DNA of 64,000 nt from Roseibacillus sp. (GTDB lineage: Bacteria > Verrucomicrobiota > Verrucomicrobiia > Verrucomicrobiales > Akkermansiaceae), in assembly GCA_051251855.1 (NCBI GenBank), contig JBPOGI010000004.1, positions 224,001 to 288,000 of the forward strand. Direction: 5' to 3'. The translations under genes and the position numbers were made by a program. Below are positions 43,895-53,312 of this stretch, in pieces. How positions within the stretch are numbered: the stretch's first letter is position 1; every line of letters begins with the position of its first letter. The notes under the pieces were generated by a model that was given only the letters and a program-made list of their open reading frames with translations, made no database searches and was not told where the DNA came from.

Positions 43895-45804
43895 CTCCGC
43901 CCATCCTTGCCTTCGTAATAGTGCATGTAGGCCGTATTCGCGACCGCAACCCCCCCTTGGGTCGGATAATCACCCGTAAAATACCAATCGCCCGATTTCT
44001 CATCAATGGAGGCGTGAAGGTTCTCAATCGTTTGATAAATCACTTCGATTTCGCCATGCCAACTCATCTCCTCCGGTGTCACTAACAAGGCAATCTCCGC
44101 CGAAATTTCTTCTGGACTCAATCCTTCGTAAACCGCCTTCACCGCATTGACCCGCTCTTCCGCCGGCTTAGCCATCTCAACTTTACACTGTTGATAAGCC
44201 TCTTCCAAAACCGAGGCCTGCCCCCGCTTCTTGCGCAAACTTTCCGCCGCTCGGAAGGCGATGAATTTCCCCATCTCTGACATGTCGATGCCATAGCAAT
44301 CGGGGTAGCGAATCTGCGGCGCAGTCGAGCAAATCACGATCTTCTTGGGCTTGGTACGGGAAAGAATCTTCAGAATCGATTTCTTAAGCGTCGTCCCGCG
44401 CACGATAGAATCGTCCAGCACCACGAGAGCTCCTTCCTCACTCACGAGACCGTAAGTAATATCGTAAACATGAGACACCAATTGGGCCCGCCCTTTTTCC
44501 TGCGAAATAAAGGTCCGCATCTTGATGTCCTTGTGAGCCACCTTTTCTCCGCGTGGCCAGTTCTTCATGATGAGTTCATCGAGCAACTCATCCGTCACCT
44601 CGCCCGCCTTGACCGCAGCCGCAATCTGCGTCTTCACTTGGTCGCGCCGATAGAGCCGCAATCCATCCATTAAACCGTAATAAGCCGTCTCCGCCGTATT
44701 CGGAATGAAGGAGAACACCGCTTTCTCAAAGTTATCACCGATGCTCTCCACGATCTGGGGCACCAATGCCGCCCCCATCGCCTTGCGCTCTTTATAGATG
44801 CCCGGATCATTTCCTCGGGAAAAATAGATGCGCTCAAAGGAACAAGGAGAAGGCTTCTCGTCTTTGCGAAAGCTGGAACGCTTCATTTCACCGTGGCGGT
44901 CCACCGTAATCACCTCACCGGGAGGGACCTCTTCGATATCCTCTTGCTCGGTTTCAAAGACCGTCATCAAGGGCACCCGCTCGCTCGCGAACGCAATGAC
45001 CTCATCATCCATATACATGAAACAAGGCCGAATCCCGCGCGGGTCACGAGTGACGAACATATCGCCATTTCCCACCACTCCCGCGATGGTATAGCCGCCA
45101 TCCCATTGCTCCGCCGACTCCGCGACGATCTTTCCAATATCGAGTTCCTCCGAAATCAAGTCCTGCCGGCTCTGCCCATCGACTTCTTCCGAATCCCGCA
45201 AACGCCGATAGATATCAGTATGCGCCTCATCGAGATGAAAACCCACTTCCTCCAACACAGTCTGAGTATCGGTGCCAAAAATCGGATGCTGCCCCCGCTC
45301 AATGAGCTTGCGATTCAACTCTCCCGCATTGGTCATGTTAAAGTTGCCCAAAACCAACAGCGTCCGAGTCGGCCAGTTGCTGCGACGAAGATAAGGATGG
45401 CAAGACCCCTCGCTAAATTCACCACTGGTCCCGTAGCGCAAGTGCCCCATCAGGACCTCCCCCCCGAACTCAAACTTCTCTTTGATAGAAGCGGGATCAT
45501 TGGTATTTAGAATTTCCCGACGCTCCATCTTATTGAACTTCTTCATCTCGCGCCGGAACATCCCCGCGAGAGAATCCTTCGCCGCATCACGCCTGCGGAA
45601 AATATAAGGTTCCCCCAGCGGCATCCCCAGCTTCACACAGCCCATTCCGACGCCATCATGGCCCCGATTGTGCTGCTTCTCCATCAGGAGCATGAGCTTG
45701 TTGAAGCCCCACAAAGCGGTGCCGTATTTATCGTAATAATATTGCAGTGGCTTGCGCAAACGCACTACCGCCACCCCGCACTCGTGTTTCAGAAAATCGC
45801 TCAA
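43876..45804 (-). CDS. purF: Amidophosphoribosyltransferase (long form)
   Basis: Short propeptide then catalytic Cys (KHE-CG); QHNRGHDG, GHLRYGT, CSFERIYFSR, VLDDSIVRGTT, YPDCYGIDM. Confidence 0.92.
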   Translation of the reverse strand: MSDFLKHECGVAVVRLRKPLQYYYDKYGTALWGFNKLMLLMEKQHNRGHDGVGMGCVKLGMPLGEPYIFRRRDAAKDSLAGMFRREMKKFNKMERREILNTNDPASIKEKFEFGGEVLMGHLRYGTSGEFSEGSCHPYLRRSNWPTRTLLVLGNFNMTNAGELNRKLIERGQHPIFGTDTQTVLEEVGFHLDEAHTDIYRRLRDSEEVDGQSRQDLISEELDIGKIVAESAEQWDGGYTIAGVVGNGDMFVTRDPRGIRPCFMYMDDEVIAFASERVPLMTVFETEQEDIEEVPPGEVITVDRHGEMKRSSFRKDEKPSPCSFERIYFSRGNDPGIYKERKAMGAALVPQIVESIGDNFEKAVFSFIPNTAETAYYGLMDGLRLYRRDQVKTQIAAAVKAGEVTDELLDELIMKNWPRGEKVAHKDIKMRTFISQEKGRAQLVSHVYDITYGLVSEEGALVVLDDSIVRGTTLKKSILKILSRTKPKKIVICSTAPQIRYPDCYGIDMSEMGKFIAFRAAESLRKKRGQASVLEEAYQQCKVEMAKPAEERVNAVKAVYEGLSPEEISAEIALLVTPEEMSWHGEIEVIYQTIENLHASIDEKSGDWYFTGDYPTQGGVAVANTAYMHYYEGKDGRSYDLPL

Positions 45805-45920
45805 AACTATGTTTCAGTGAACCGGACTCCGCGAAGGTGGGCAAAGTCCCCAATGATGCCAAGCCCCAATCCCTTCCTTCTCAAAAATGCTTCGAAACAG
45901 GGTCAAACGCCCATCCAAAT

Positions 45921-46275
45921 AGGAGGATCGACTTCAGTCGTCCACAAACGGTTCCGACCCTCCAAAATCCTTCAACCCGTAGTCTTCGACGACTGAACTC
46001 GAATGGCACTGTGCTGTGTTAAGCCACTCTGTCGTGCCGAGTGCAAGGAGATGGGAGCGCGGTCTTTCCAAGCCGCCACCTTAAAATAAATAATGTTAAG
46101 GGTAGGCCTGTTCGTTTGCGAATCCACTGTTCCTGTATTGATTCGTCCGCCCTCCTCTGAGCGATTTCCACCCCAGCGCCTTAAAAATCCACGCTCCTGA
46201 GCCCTGCGGCCACTTTTTCGTTATCTCCTGATTCTTCACCTATCTCAATGCCATTCGTCTGAATTCGACGCTCCT
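45921..46275 (-). ncRNA. Candidate large structured non-coding RNA or repeat element, copy B (family unknown)
   Basis: Homologous to 15803-16092. Closing helices 45921-45937/46259-46275 and 46000-46011/46246-46257; extra ~60-nt hairpin insert. Confidence 0.65.
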
Positions 46276-46380
46276 CGCTCCCTACACCCCTTCTTAGTAG
46301 CGTGACTCATGAGCAAGTCTCACCGAGAGACCCAAAATTTCCTCTTTCCCTTCCAAGTGAGAAAAGACAGCTTTCCTCCC

Positions 46381-49338
46381 ATGTTGAGGCTCTTACTTTC
46401 TTTCCTTTTCCTATCTCCCCTCCTCTCAGCTCGCGAGGAAATCCCCCTCATGGGCGAATGGCAGTTCAGCCATGAAAGTCAGACCTCTAAAGGTTGGCAA
46501 ACCGTCACCCTCCCCCACGATTGGTCCTGGGAAATGGGCCCCCAGAAGGATGGCGTGCAAAAAGACAAGGGCGGCTACCGCGTCGGAGGCGTCGGCCAGT
46601 ATCGCAAAGATTTCGAGCTCCCCGACTCCTTTGCCGGCCGGCGAGTCTCCATCCACTTCGATGGCGTCTATCGCAACTCCACCGTCTCCATCAACGGCAA
46701 AAAGCTTGGCACCCGACCCTACGGCTACATCCCCTTCTACTACAATCTCACCAAACATCTCCGCGAGGGCTCAAACACCATCGAAGTCCACGTCGATAAC
46801 TCCCGCGAGCCTTCCACCCGTTGGTATCATCCCTGCGGCATCTACGCCCCGGTGCGCTTGATCGCGACCCATCCCGAACACTTCTTCTTTCACGACACCA
46901 CCTTCGTCACCACCCCCGAAATCAACGACACCGAAGCGACTGTCGCCATCAAAACCCAAATCAAAGACCCCACCGGCCTCCAACTCCGCATCGAGATTCA
47001 AGGCCCCAGCGGCAAAGTGGTCGCCACCTCCAACTCCACTCCAAAGAAGGACGAAACAACCCGCCTCACTGTTCCCAACCCCCAACTCTGGGACCTCGAC
47101 TCCCCCTCTCTCTACACCGCCCAATTGACCCTCACCAAAGACGGCCAAGCAGTCGACACCAACAAAGTCACCTTCGGTATCCGCACCATCAAGTGGGACA
47201 AAGACACCGGCTTTCACCTCAACGGCAAGGTCACCAAGCTCCGCGGCGTCTGCGAACACCTCACCGGCGGCCCCGTGGGAGGCGCTTGGACTCCCGAACT
47301 CCTCGAATGGAAACTCCGCGAACTCAAAGCGATGGGCTGCAACGCCATCCGCACTGCCCACAATCCCCATCATCACTTCTTCTACGACCTTTGCGACCAA
47401 CTTGGCATCCTCGTGATGGACGAAATCTTCGATGGTTGGCTCAAAAAAGCCCCCGAGGACTACGGAGCCCTTCACTTTGACAAATGGTGGCGACGCGATC
47501 TGAAAGAGTGGGTTCTTCGCGACCGCAACCATCCTTCCATCGTCATCTGGTCCGTCGGTAACGAGACCCATGGCAAAGTCGCTCCCGAACTCGTCAAGCT
47601 CGTCAACAGCCTAGACGGTACCCGTCCTGTCACCTCCGGAGATTCCGGCCGCAACCAAATGGACGTCATTGGAATCAACGGCGGTTCCGAGAAAAAATCC
47701 TTCTATGAAACCGGCCCCCTTGACCGCGCCTTCATTGCCACCGAAGCGACCCACACTTGGCAAGTGCGCGGATTCTACAAATCGAAAACCTGGTATCGCG
47801 ACGGCTACCCGAACAAGCGGCAGCAGCCATTTTTCATCCCCGACCTCACCGAGAAAGAAGTCTTCCCCAACGCCTTCCTCGCCCCCGAGGCCATGGCCAA
47901 TCGCAAGCAATTTTTCAATTCCTCCTACGACAACGGCACCGTCCGCATCAGCGCTCGCCAACACTGGGAAAAAGTGCGCGACCTTCCTTGGATCGCAGGC
48001 GCCTTTCGCTGGACCGGTTTCGATTACCCCGGAGAATCTTCCTATGTCCACGGCGGTTGGCCCTTCCACGCCTTTGCCGGAGGCACCAACGACCTCGCCG
48101 GCTTTCGAAAAGACCTCTTCTACTTCTACCAAAGTCAATGGACCAGCGAGCCCATGATTCACGTCCTTCCTCACTGGACCCATCACCAAATTCCGCTCGG
48201 AACCCTCATTCCCGTGCAAGCCTACTCCAACGCCGAAGAAGTCGAACTCTTCCTCGATGGAAAATCTCTCGGCATCGACAAGCCCGGCACCAAGGCCCTC
48301 GAAATGCAATGCGACTGGATGGTCCCGTGGCAACCCGGCACTCTCGTTGCCATCGCTCGAAACGGTGGCAAGGAAGTGGCTCGAAACGGCCACATCACCG
48401 CCACTGCACCAACTTGGCTGAAAGCCACCATCGACAAAACCGTTCCGAATCACGACCTCATCACCATCGACACCGTTGACGCTAGCGGAGTGTTCCAGCC
48501 TTATGGCGAAAACCTCATCTTCGCCCACCTCAGCGGAGACGCTCACCTCCTTTCCTTCGAAAACGGGCACCCCGCCGACCCCGCTCCTCCTGTCGCCAAA
48601 AAGCGCCGCGCTTTCATGGGCAAAGCCCGCCTCTTCCTGCAATCTCCGAACAACAACTACAACCTAACCCTCGGGGCTATCCTCGGGGAACGCCGCCAAC
48701 TCAATTCCAACCTCGCCGCCATCGACATCAAGAACATCACCAACGGAGAAGTCACCAGCGGCGAATTCCAAATCCACTACACCCTCGACGGCAGCGAACC
48801 CACTTCCTCTAGCGCGCGCTATGTAGGCCCTTTCCAAACACCCCCAGTTTGCACTGTGAAAGCAATTGTCCTCCGCAACCAGGAAACCATCCTCCAACTC
48901 GAAGAGACCTTCGGACCCAAGCTCGGACTCCACTGGGCCGATCCCAACGAAGCCACCAACAACGCCTCCCCCACCGCCCTCCAAGCCGAAGATGCCAAGT
49001 TCAAAGGCGCGACCGTTATCACGAAAATGGAAGGCTACCATGGCAAGGGCTACCTCGACTTTGACGGCAAGGAAGGCTTCCTCGAATTCTACCAAGAAAA
49101 CGACGGCCCTCCCGGCGACGCCACTCTTCACATTCGCTACCTCAAAACCGAAAAAGGAAGAAAAACTCCTCTCAAAATCACCCTCAACGGCAAGTCCTTC
49201 CCCTCACCACGCCTCTGGTCCAGCGACAAATGGCAAACCGCCAAAATCCCCGTCAAAATTCAATCGGGCGCCAACACCCTCCGCCTCGAAAGCACCGGCC
49301 AATCCGCCCCCCAATTCGACGAAGTCGATTTTCGATAG
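46381..49338 (+). CDS. Glycoside hydrolase family 2 (beta-galactosidase-like) with C-terminal Fn3-like and CBM6/35-like domains
   Basis: Signal peptide; VTLPHDW, FDGVY, AIRTAHNP, RDRNHPSIVIWSVGNE, IATE, WTGFDY, IHYTLDGSEP, LQAEDA..GYHGKGYLDF. Confidence 0.92.
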   Translation: MLRLLLSFLFLSPLLSAREEIPLMGEWQFSHESQTSKGWQTVTLPHDWSWEMGPQKDGVQKDKGGYRVGGVGQYRKDFELPDSFAGRRVSIHFDGVYRNSTVSINGKKLGTRPYGYIPFYYNLTKHLREGSNTIEVHVDNSREPSTRWYHPCGIYAPVRLIATHPEHFFFHDTTFVTTPEINDTEATVAIKTQIKDPTGLQLRIEIQGPSGKVVATSNSTPKKDETTRLTVPNPQLWDLDSPSLYTAQLTLTKDGQAVDTNKVTFGIRTIKWDKDTGFHLNGKVTKLRGVCEHLTGGPVGGAWTPELLEWKLRELKAMGCNAIRTAHNPHHHFFYDLCDQLGILVMDEIFDGWLKKAPEDYGALHFDKWWRRDLKEWVLRDRNHPSIVIWSVGNETHGKVAPELVKLVNSLDGTRPVTSGDSGRNQMDVIGINGGSEKKSFYETGPLDRAFIATEATHTWQVRGFYKSKTWYRDGYPNKRQQPFFIPDLTEKEVFPNAFLAPEAMANRKQFFNSSYDNGTVRISARQHWEKVRDLPWIAGAFRWTGFDYPGESSYVHGGWPFHAFAGGTNDLAGFRKDLFYFYQSQWTSEPMIHVLPHWTHHQIPLGTLIPVQAYSNAEEVELFLDGKSLGIDKPGTKALEMQCDWMVPWQPGTLVAIARNGGKEVARNGHITATAPTWLKATIDKTVPNHDLITIDTVDASGVFQPYGENLIFAHLSGDAHLLSFENGHPADPAPPVAKKRRAFMGKARLFLQSPNNNYNLTLGAILGERRQLNSNLAAIDIKNITNGEVTSGEFQIHYTLDGSEPTSSSARYVGPFQTPPVCTVKAIVLRNQETILQLEETFGPKLGLHWADPNEATNNASPTALQAEDAKFKGATVITKMEGYHGKGYLDFDGKEGFLEFYQENDGPPGDATLHIRYLKTEKGRKTPLKITLNGKSFPSPRLWSSDKWQTAKIPVKIQSGANTLRLESTGQSAPQFDEVDFR

Positions 49339-49343
49339 TGACA

Positions 49344-49415
49344 GGAGCAAGGACATTCCTGTCCTTGAACTCAACCGTTTCCCACTTCTAACAAGGACAG
49401 GAATGTCCTTGCTCC
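49344..49415. repeat. Inverted pair of 24-bp REP-like palindromes (REPIN-like)
   Basis: GGAGCAAGGACATTCCTGTCCTTG (49344-49367) and its exact reverse complement (49392-49415), between convergent genes. Confidence 0.85.
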
Positions 49416-49419
49416 ACTA

Positions 49420-51045
49420 TCACTCCTCCCTCATCTCACCCGCAGCCTTCCAAGTGTTCACCAAATCGGGCCGCTGCTGCTCCAGCACCTGAAAGGTATG
49501 CCTCGCAAAGGCCAGGCCAGCTTCGCCATAGAGGTTGAAAGCTGCATCCACTCCCTCCTTACGAAGCTCTTTCACTTCATGATCCTGCTTTGCGCTCACG
49601 ATCACCACCCCCTCAAAGTGATGGCGCTTGAGAGTTTCAATCGCGTCCAAATGTGCTTTGTGAGAAGGCATCGCGAGAACAACCATATCAAGTTCGCTAT
49701 TGGGACAGACACTTTCCCAGAAATCCGAATCAGTCGCATCCGCGACTCTGACGTTTCTTTCTGCCTCTTGATGCCAACCGACCCGTTCCGGATTGCGATC
49801 AAATCCAATCACGTGCCCGGGAAAGCGGTATTCTAGCGAGTGATAGACCGCCATTCCCACCCGACCCATCCCGAAGACCGCAACTCTCTCCTTTTCATCC
49901 AAAGCCTCAAAATCACCTCGGTGCTCGCCCGGGGTTTCGAAATTTTTCAGCCAATCGCTGATCGGATCGTAGAGGCTCTCAGCCCGCCGATTGAAAGGAG
50001 CCGCCAGTAAAAAGCTCACTGATAAAGCCAACGCAATTGCAATCAACCACTCCGTGCCCAACCAACCCTGGGCCACCCCCAAAGAAGCCACGATCAACCC
50101 GAATTCACTGTAGGTCGAGAGAGACAACGTCGCCATCCAAGCAGTGCGCGCCCGCAGCCGAAAGCGCGTGAGCAAGAGGAAAAAGCCCACACTCTTCAAA
50201 GGCAAAAGCACCAATGCCAAAGCGGCCCACCCCACCGCCGACCAATCAAGCGCTCCCCCCAATCCCACTTGCAGAAAGAAGCCAATCAGAAGCAGATCGG
50301 TAATCTGACTGAGCGATTTTTTCACCTCCACCGCCCGCGGATGCCAGCCCACCATCACGCCAATAAAAAGAGCGCCCAAATCAGCCTTCAAACCCACCAG
50401 TTCAAAACCCTTCGAGCCCACAACGATAGCGAGTACCAGCCCGAACAAAGACAGCAGCTCACCATGACCAGACCGATTCAAAAACCATCCCAAGACAGGC
50501 CGGCCCAAGATGAGAGCAGGAACTAACACCAAAGCCCACCAAGTCGGAAACTTCCCAGTCGAAAAGGTGAGAAACAGGACCGCGATAATGTCCTGCATCA
50601 CGAGGATACCCACCGCCGTCTTTCCATGAATCGAACCCAAGTCGCCATTCTCAGTGAGAGACTTAATTGCAAAGACGGTACTCGAAAAACTAAAGGCAAA
50701 AGCCAGCAACAAAGCCGTCTGCCAGGATAAGCCAACCGCTGGCCCCAACAAGGCGGCCACCCCAAAAACGACGGGCCCGAAAATCACGAGCACCAACAGG
50801 GCGTGTAAACTGGTACCCGCCCAAATTTCCGGACGCGAGAGAGTCTTAAGCTGAAGTTTGAGTCCAATACTAAAAAGAAGCAGCGTCACCCCCAAATCAG
50901 CGATGGATTGGAGGCTCTCCCCCCCCTTTTGCCCCATCGCCTGCAGGACAAACCCCGCCACCAAAAACCCCACCATCGGCGGCAACCGGAACTGCTGAGC
51001 AGCAAGCCCGAAAACGAAAGCAACAGCGATAAGAATGGCATCCAT
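49420..51045 (-). CDS. Cation:proton antiporter (CPA2/KefC-like) with TrkA-N domain
   Basis: LPPMVGFLVAG, LLFSIGL, FSSTV, GILVMQD; C-terminal VFGMGRVG and ADATD. Confidence 0.9.
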   Translation of the reverse strand: MDAILIAVAFVFGLAAQQFRLPPMVGFLVAGFVLQAMGQKGGESLQSIADLGVTLLLFSIGLKLQLKTLSRPEIWAGTSLHALLVLVIFGPVVFGVAALLGPAVGLSWQTALLLAFAFSFSSTVFAIKSLTENGDLGSIHGKTAVGILVMQDIIAVLFLTFSTGKFPTWWALVLVPALILGRPVLGWFLNRSGHGELLSLFGLVLAIVVGSKGFELVGLKADLGALFIGVMVGWHPRAVEVKKSLSQITDLLLIGFFLQVGLGGALDWSAVGWAALALVLLPLKSVGFFLLLTRFRLRARTAWMATLSLSTYSEFGLIVASLGVAQGWLGTEWLIAIALALSVSFLLAAPFNRRAESLYDPISDWLKNFETPGEHRGDFEALDEKERVAVFGMGRVGMAVYHSLEYRFPGHVIGFDRNPERVGWHQEAERNVRVADATDSDFWESVCPNSELDMVVLAMPSHKAHLDAIETLKRHHFEGVVIVSAKQDHEVKELRKEGVDAAFNLYGEAGLAFARHTFQVLEQQRPDLVNTWKAAGEMREE

Positions 51046-51160
51046 AAAGACTCCACAAAGCTAAGCAAGAATCAGACCCCGCATGCACCTCAAATTCGGC
51101 ATCAGACGATTTCTTTCTTATTCGAAAAAAGACCCGCGTCTTACAAGCACCCCAACTTCC

Positions 51161-52390
51161 TCACTGATGCTTCTTACGGTAGGCCGAGGGAGAACAATCG
51201 AAGTGCTTCTTGAAAGTGGTATAAAACGACGAACGCGAATTGAACCCACTATCGTAAGCAATCTGCAGAACCGTTTCATCACTTTCTCGGAGCGCCTTCT
51301 CTGCCTCCCGAGCCCGTAGCCGATTCACGTAACCAAAGAAGGACTCCCCCATCACCGTGTTCAAAGATTGGGACAGATAGTTCGGCCGCACCCCAAGGTG
51401 ATTTGCCAATTTGCCAAGGGAAAGATCCGGATCGAGAAACAGCGAATCCTCAGCCATTACCTTCTCTAACTTCGCGGCAATGCGTTCCGCCCGCTCATCA
51501 CCCAAGCCGGAGTTTTGATATTTTTCAGAGCTTTCCTGAACTCCCATCACCGTCTCAACCACCTCCTCTTCGACTCGCGAAGAACCGCCGTTCACTCCTT
51601 CATCCCCCTCAATTCCATCAGCAGAAATGTCCGACTTCACATCCCAAAGTCCAGGTTTCTGCCTCAAACCCCAAAGTGCAGGGATCCAAATCACCAAAAA
51701 ATTGACCAACAGTTCAAATCCTTCCCCAAGCTTCCAAGGGAATCCAAAGTAGCCCAACACATCGATCAGGGACGTCACCCAGAAGAGCCCCAGCGCCCCA
51801 ATGAGCGCACTCATCCAAATCATTTCGCGGTTCTCCGACGAGGAATGCACCTCTTTCAATCGAGAGCGATAGCGCAACAACCTCCGCCCCGAAGACCACA
51901 GAATCGGAATCGACCAAATCACCCACAACACCTCCGCAAGCAGCAAAACCATCACCGATCGAAAAGCCAATGAGCTCTCAGCATCGCCGGTCCGCATCAA
52001 CTCATATCGCGTCTCACTTCCCAAAAAAAGCACGGGCAAAGCCGCCGCAATTGCCAAGGGAATCGGCCATAGATGCCAATACTCACGACTCCTCATCACC
52101 AATGGCTCGGAGGCCGTCATCACCCGGACGTAGATAAAGAGCGCCCCCAACGCGAGAAACTGCCCTGCTTGTCCAAGAAGCAAAGCCGCGTCACTCCACC
52201 CCGCCCATCCCAATGGCAGAAAGAACCCCGAAGACTGCGCCACGAAGATACCGAGAAACATCAAAAGCAACGGGAGCCGCCCCACCCCTCGTACTCCTCC
52301 CAAGAGCAGTTGCGAAACCACCAAGGCGCATCCCCCCACCAAGGCGAGGTCCACGAAATCGGTCAAAGCATCAAAGGACATTCCCTCCAT
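51161..52390 (-). CDS. Membrane-bound AraC family transcriptional regulator
   Basis: About 7 N-terminal TM helices; KYQNSGL, FLDPDLSL..LA, IAYDSGFNSRSSFYTTFKK...SPSAYR. Start uncertain (52390 or 52411). Confidence 0.9.
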   Translation of the reverse strand: MEGMSFDALTDFVDLALVGGCALVVSQLLLGGVRGVGRLPLLLMFLGIFVAQSSGFFLPLGWAGWSDAALLLGQAGQFLALGALFIYVRVMTASEPLVMRSREYWHLWPIPLAIAAALPVLFLGSETRYELMRTGDAESSLAFRSVMVLLLAEVLWVIWSIPILWSSGRRLLRYRSRLKEVHSSSENREMIWMSALIGALGLFWVTSLIDVLGYFGFPWKLGEGFELLVNFLVIWIPALWGLRQKPGLWDVKSDISADGIEGDEGVNGGSSRVEEEVVETVMGVQESSEKYQNSGLGDERAERIAAKLEKVMAEDSLFLDPDLSLGKLANHLGVRPNYLSQSLNTVMGESFFGYVNRLRAREAEKALRESDETVLQIAYDSGFNSRSSFYTTFKKHFDCSPSAYRKKHQ

Positions 52391-52507
52391 TCTAGGTCCC
52401 AACTTCTTCAATGGGAGAAGAAAGATGTCCTTCCCCTCACCGACGGACGCATTTCCGGCAAAAAACCGTCAAATTGGTCACCTCAGAAAGCTTCTGAGAC
52501 CAAATCA

Positions 52508-53299
52508 ATGAAACACATCCTTCAAAACACGGTCCCTCTTCTCTTCGTCCTCACCTCGACTCCCACCCTCGCCAACGAAATTCTTCCTCGGGAAGGAACT
52601 GCCAACGCCGATGAACGTCACTGGCTCGTCGGTGGCATCTTAGTCGCGCAGGACTCTCCCTATCGTGACGTCTCTCCCTCCCTTTTTCCCATTCCCTACT
52701 TGGCTTGGGAAACCGCGAATCTGCACCTCGGAACCGACAAACTCCAATACGACTTTCTGCACGCGAACTCGGACTCGACGGGTATCGACTTCACCCTCTC
52801 GCTCATCGCCGACCCCCGCTTCGGCACCCCCGATCCCGATGACGACTCTCCTTTGGAAGAACTCTCCCGCGACCTCGCCTTCGAAGCCGGACTCGAAGCC
52901 ACCGCCGAATTCGGCCCCCTCTTTCTCTCCTCCACCACCATGATCGATCTCTTCGGGGTTCATAGCGGACTCCTCAGCACCTTGGAGTTCGGTATCGAAG
53001 TTCCTGTCTGGAAAGGCTCCTTCGAGCTCTCCCTCGCAACCACCTACCAAAGCTCCGACCTCAGCGAATACCTTTATGGAGTCAGTGCCGCCGAAGCCAC
53101 AGCCGACCTCACCAGCTACCAACCCGGCGACACTTGGATCACCTCCATCGAGGCCACCTATCTCCATCCACTCTCTGACTCAGCCTTCCTCGCCGCAGGT
53201 CTTTCAGTCGACCTCCTCAACTCCGCTGCCAGCGACAGTCCTCGCCTTGATGACGACCTCGAACTGCAAGGCTTCTGCGGCCTCATCTGGAAATTCTAA
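52508..53299 (+). CDS. MipA/OmpV family outer membrane protein
   Basis: Signal peptide; SPY..V...PIPYL, YLYGVSAAEA...Y.P, DSP; terminal WKF beta-signal. Confidence 0.85.
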   Translation: MKHILQNTVPLLFVLTSTPTLANEILPREGTANADERHWLVGGILVAQDSPYRDVSPSLFPIPYLAWETANLHLGTDKLQYDFLHANSDSTGIDFTLSLIADPRFGTPDPDDDSPLEELSRDLAFEAGLEATAEFGPLFLSSTTMIDLFGVHSGLLSTLEFGIEVPVWKGSFELSLATTYQSSDLSEYLYGVSAAEATADLTSYQPGDTWITSIEATYLHPLSDSAFLAAGLSVDLLNSAASDSPRLDDDLELQGFCGLIWKF

Positions 53300-53312
53300 C
53301 TCTTAAAAAATC

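Noticed and set aside
45805..45920. ZTP or purine riboswitch directly upstream of purF
   Set aside because: Only a weak hairpin is present; consensus motifs were not found.
52073..52507. 145-aa N-terminal extension of the MipA ORF
   Set aside because: It overlaps the AraC gene on the opposite strand; the signal peptide begins at ATG 52508.
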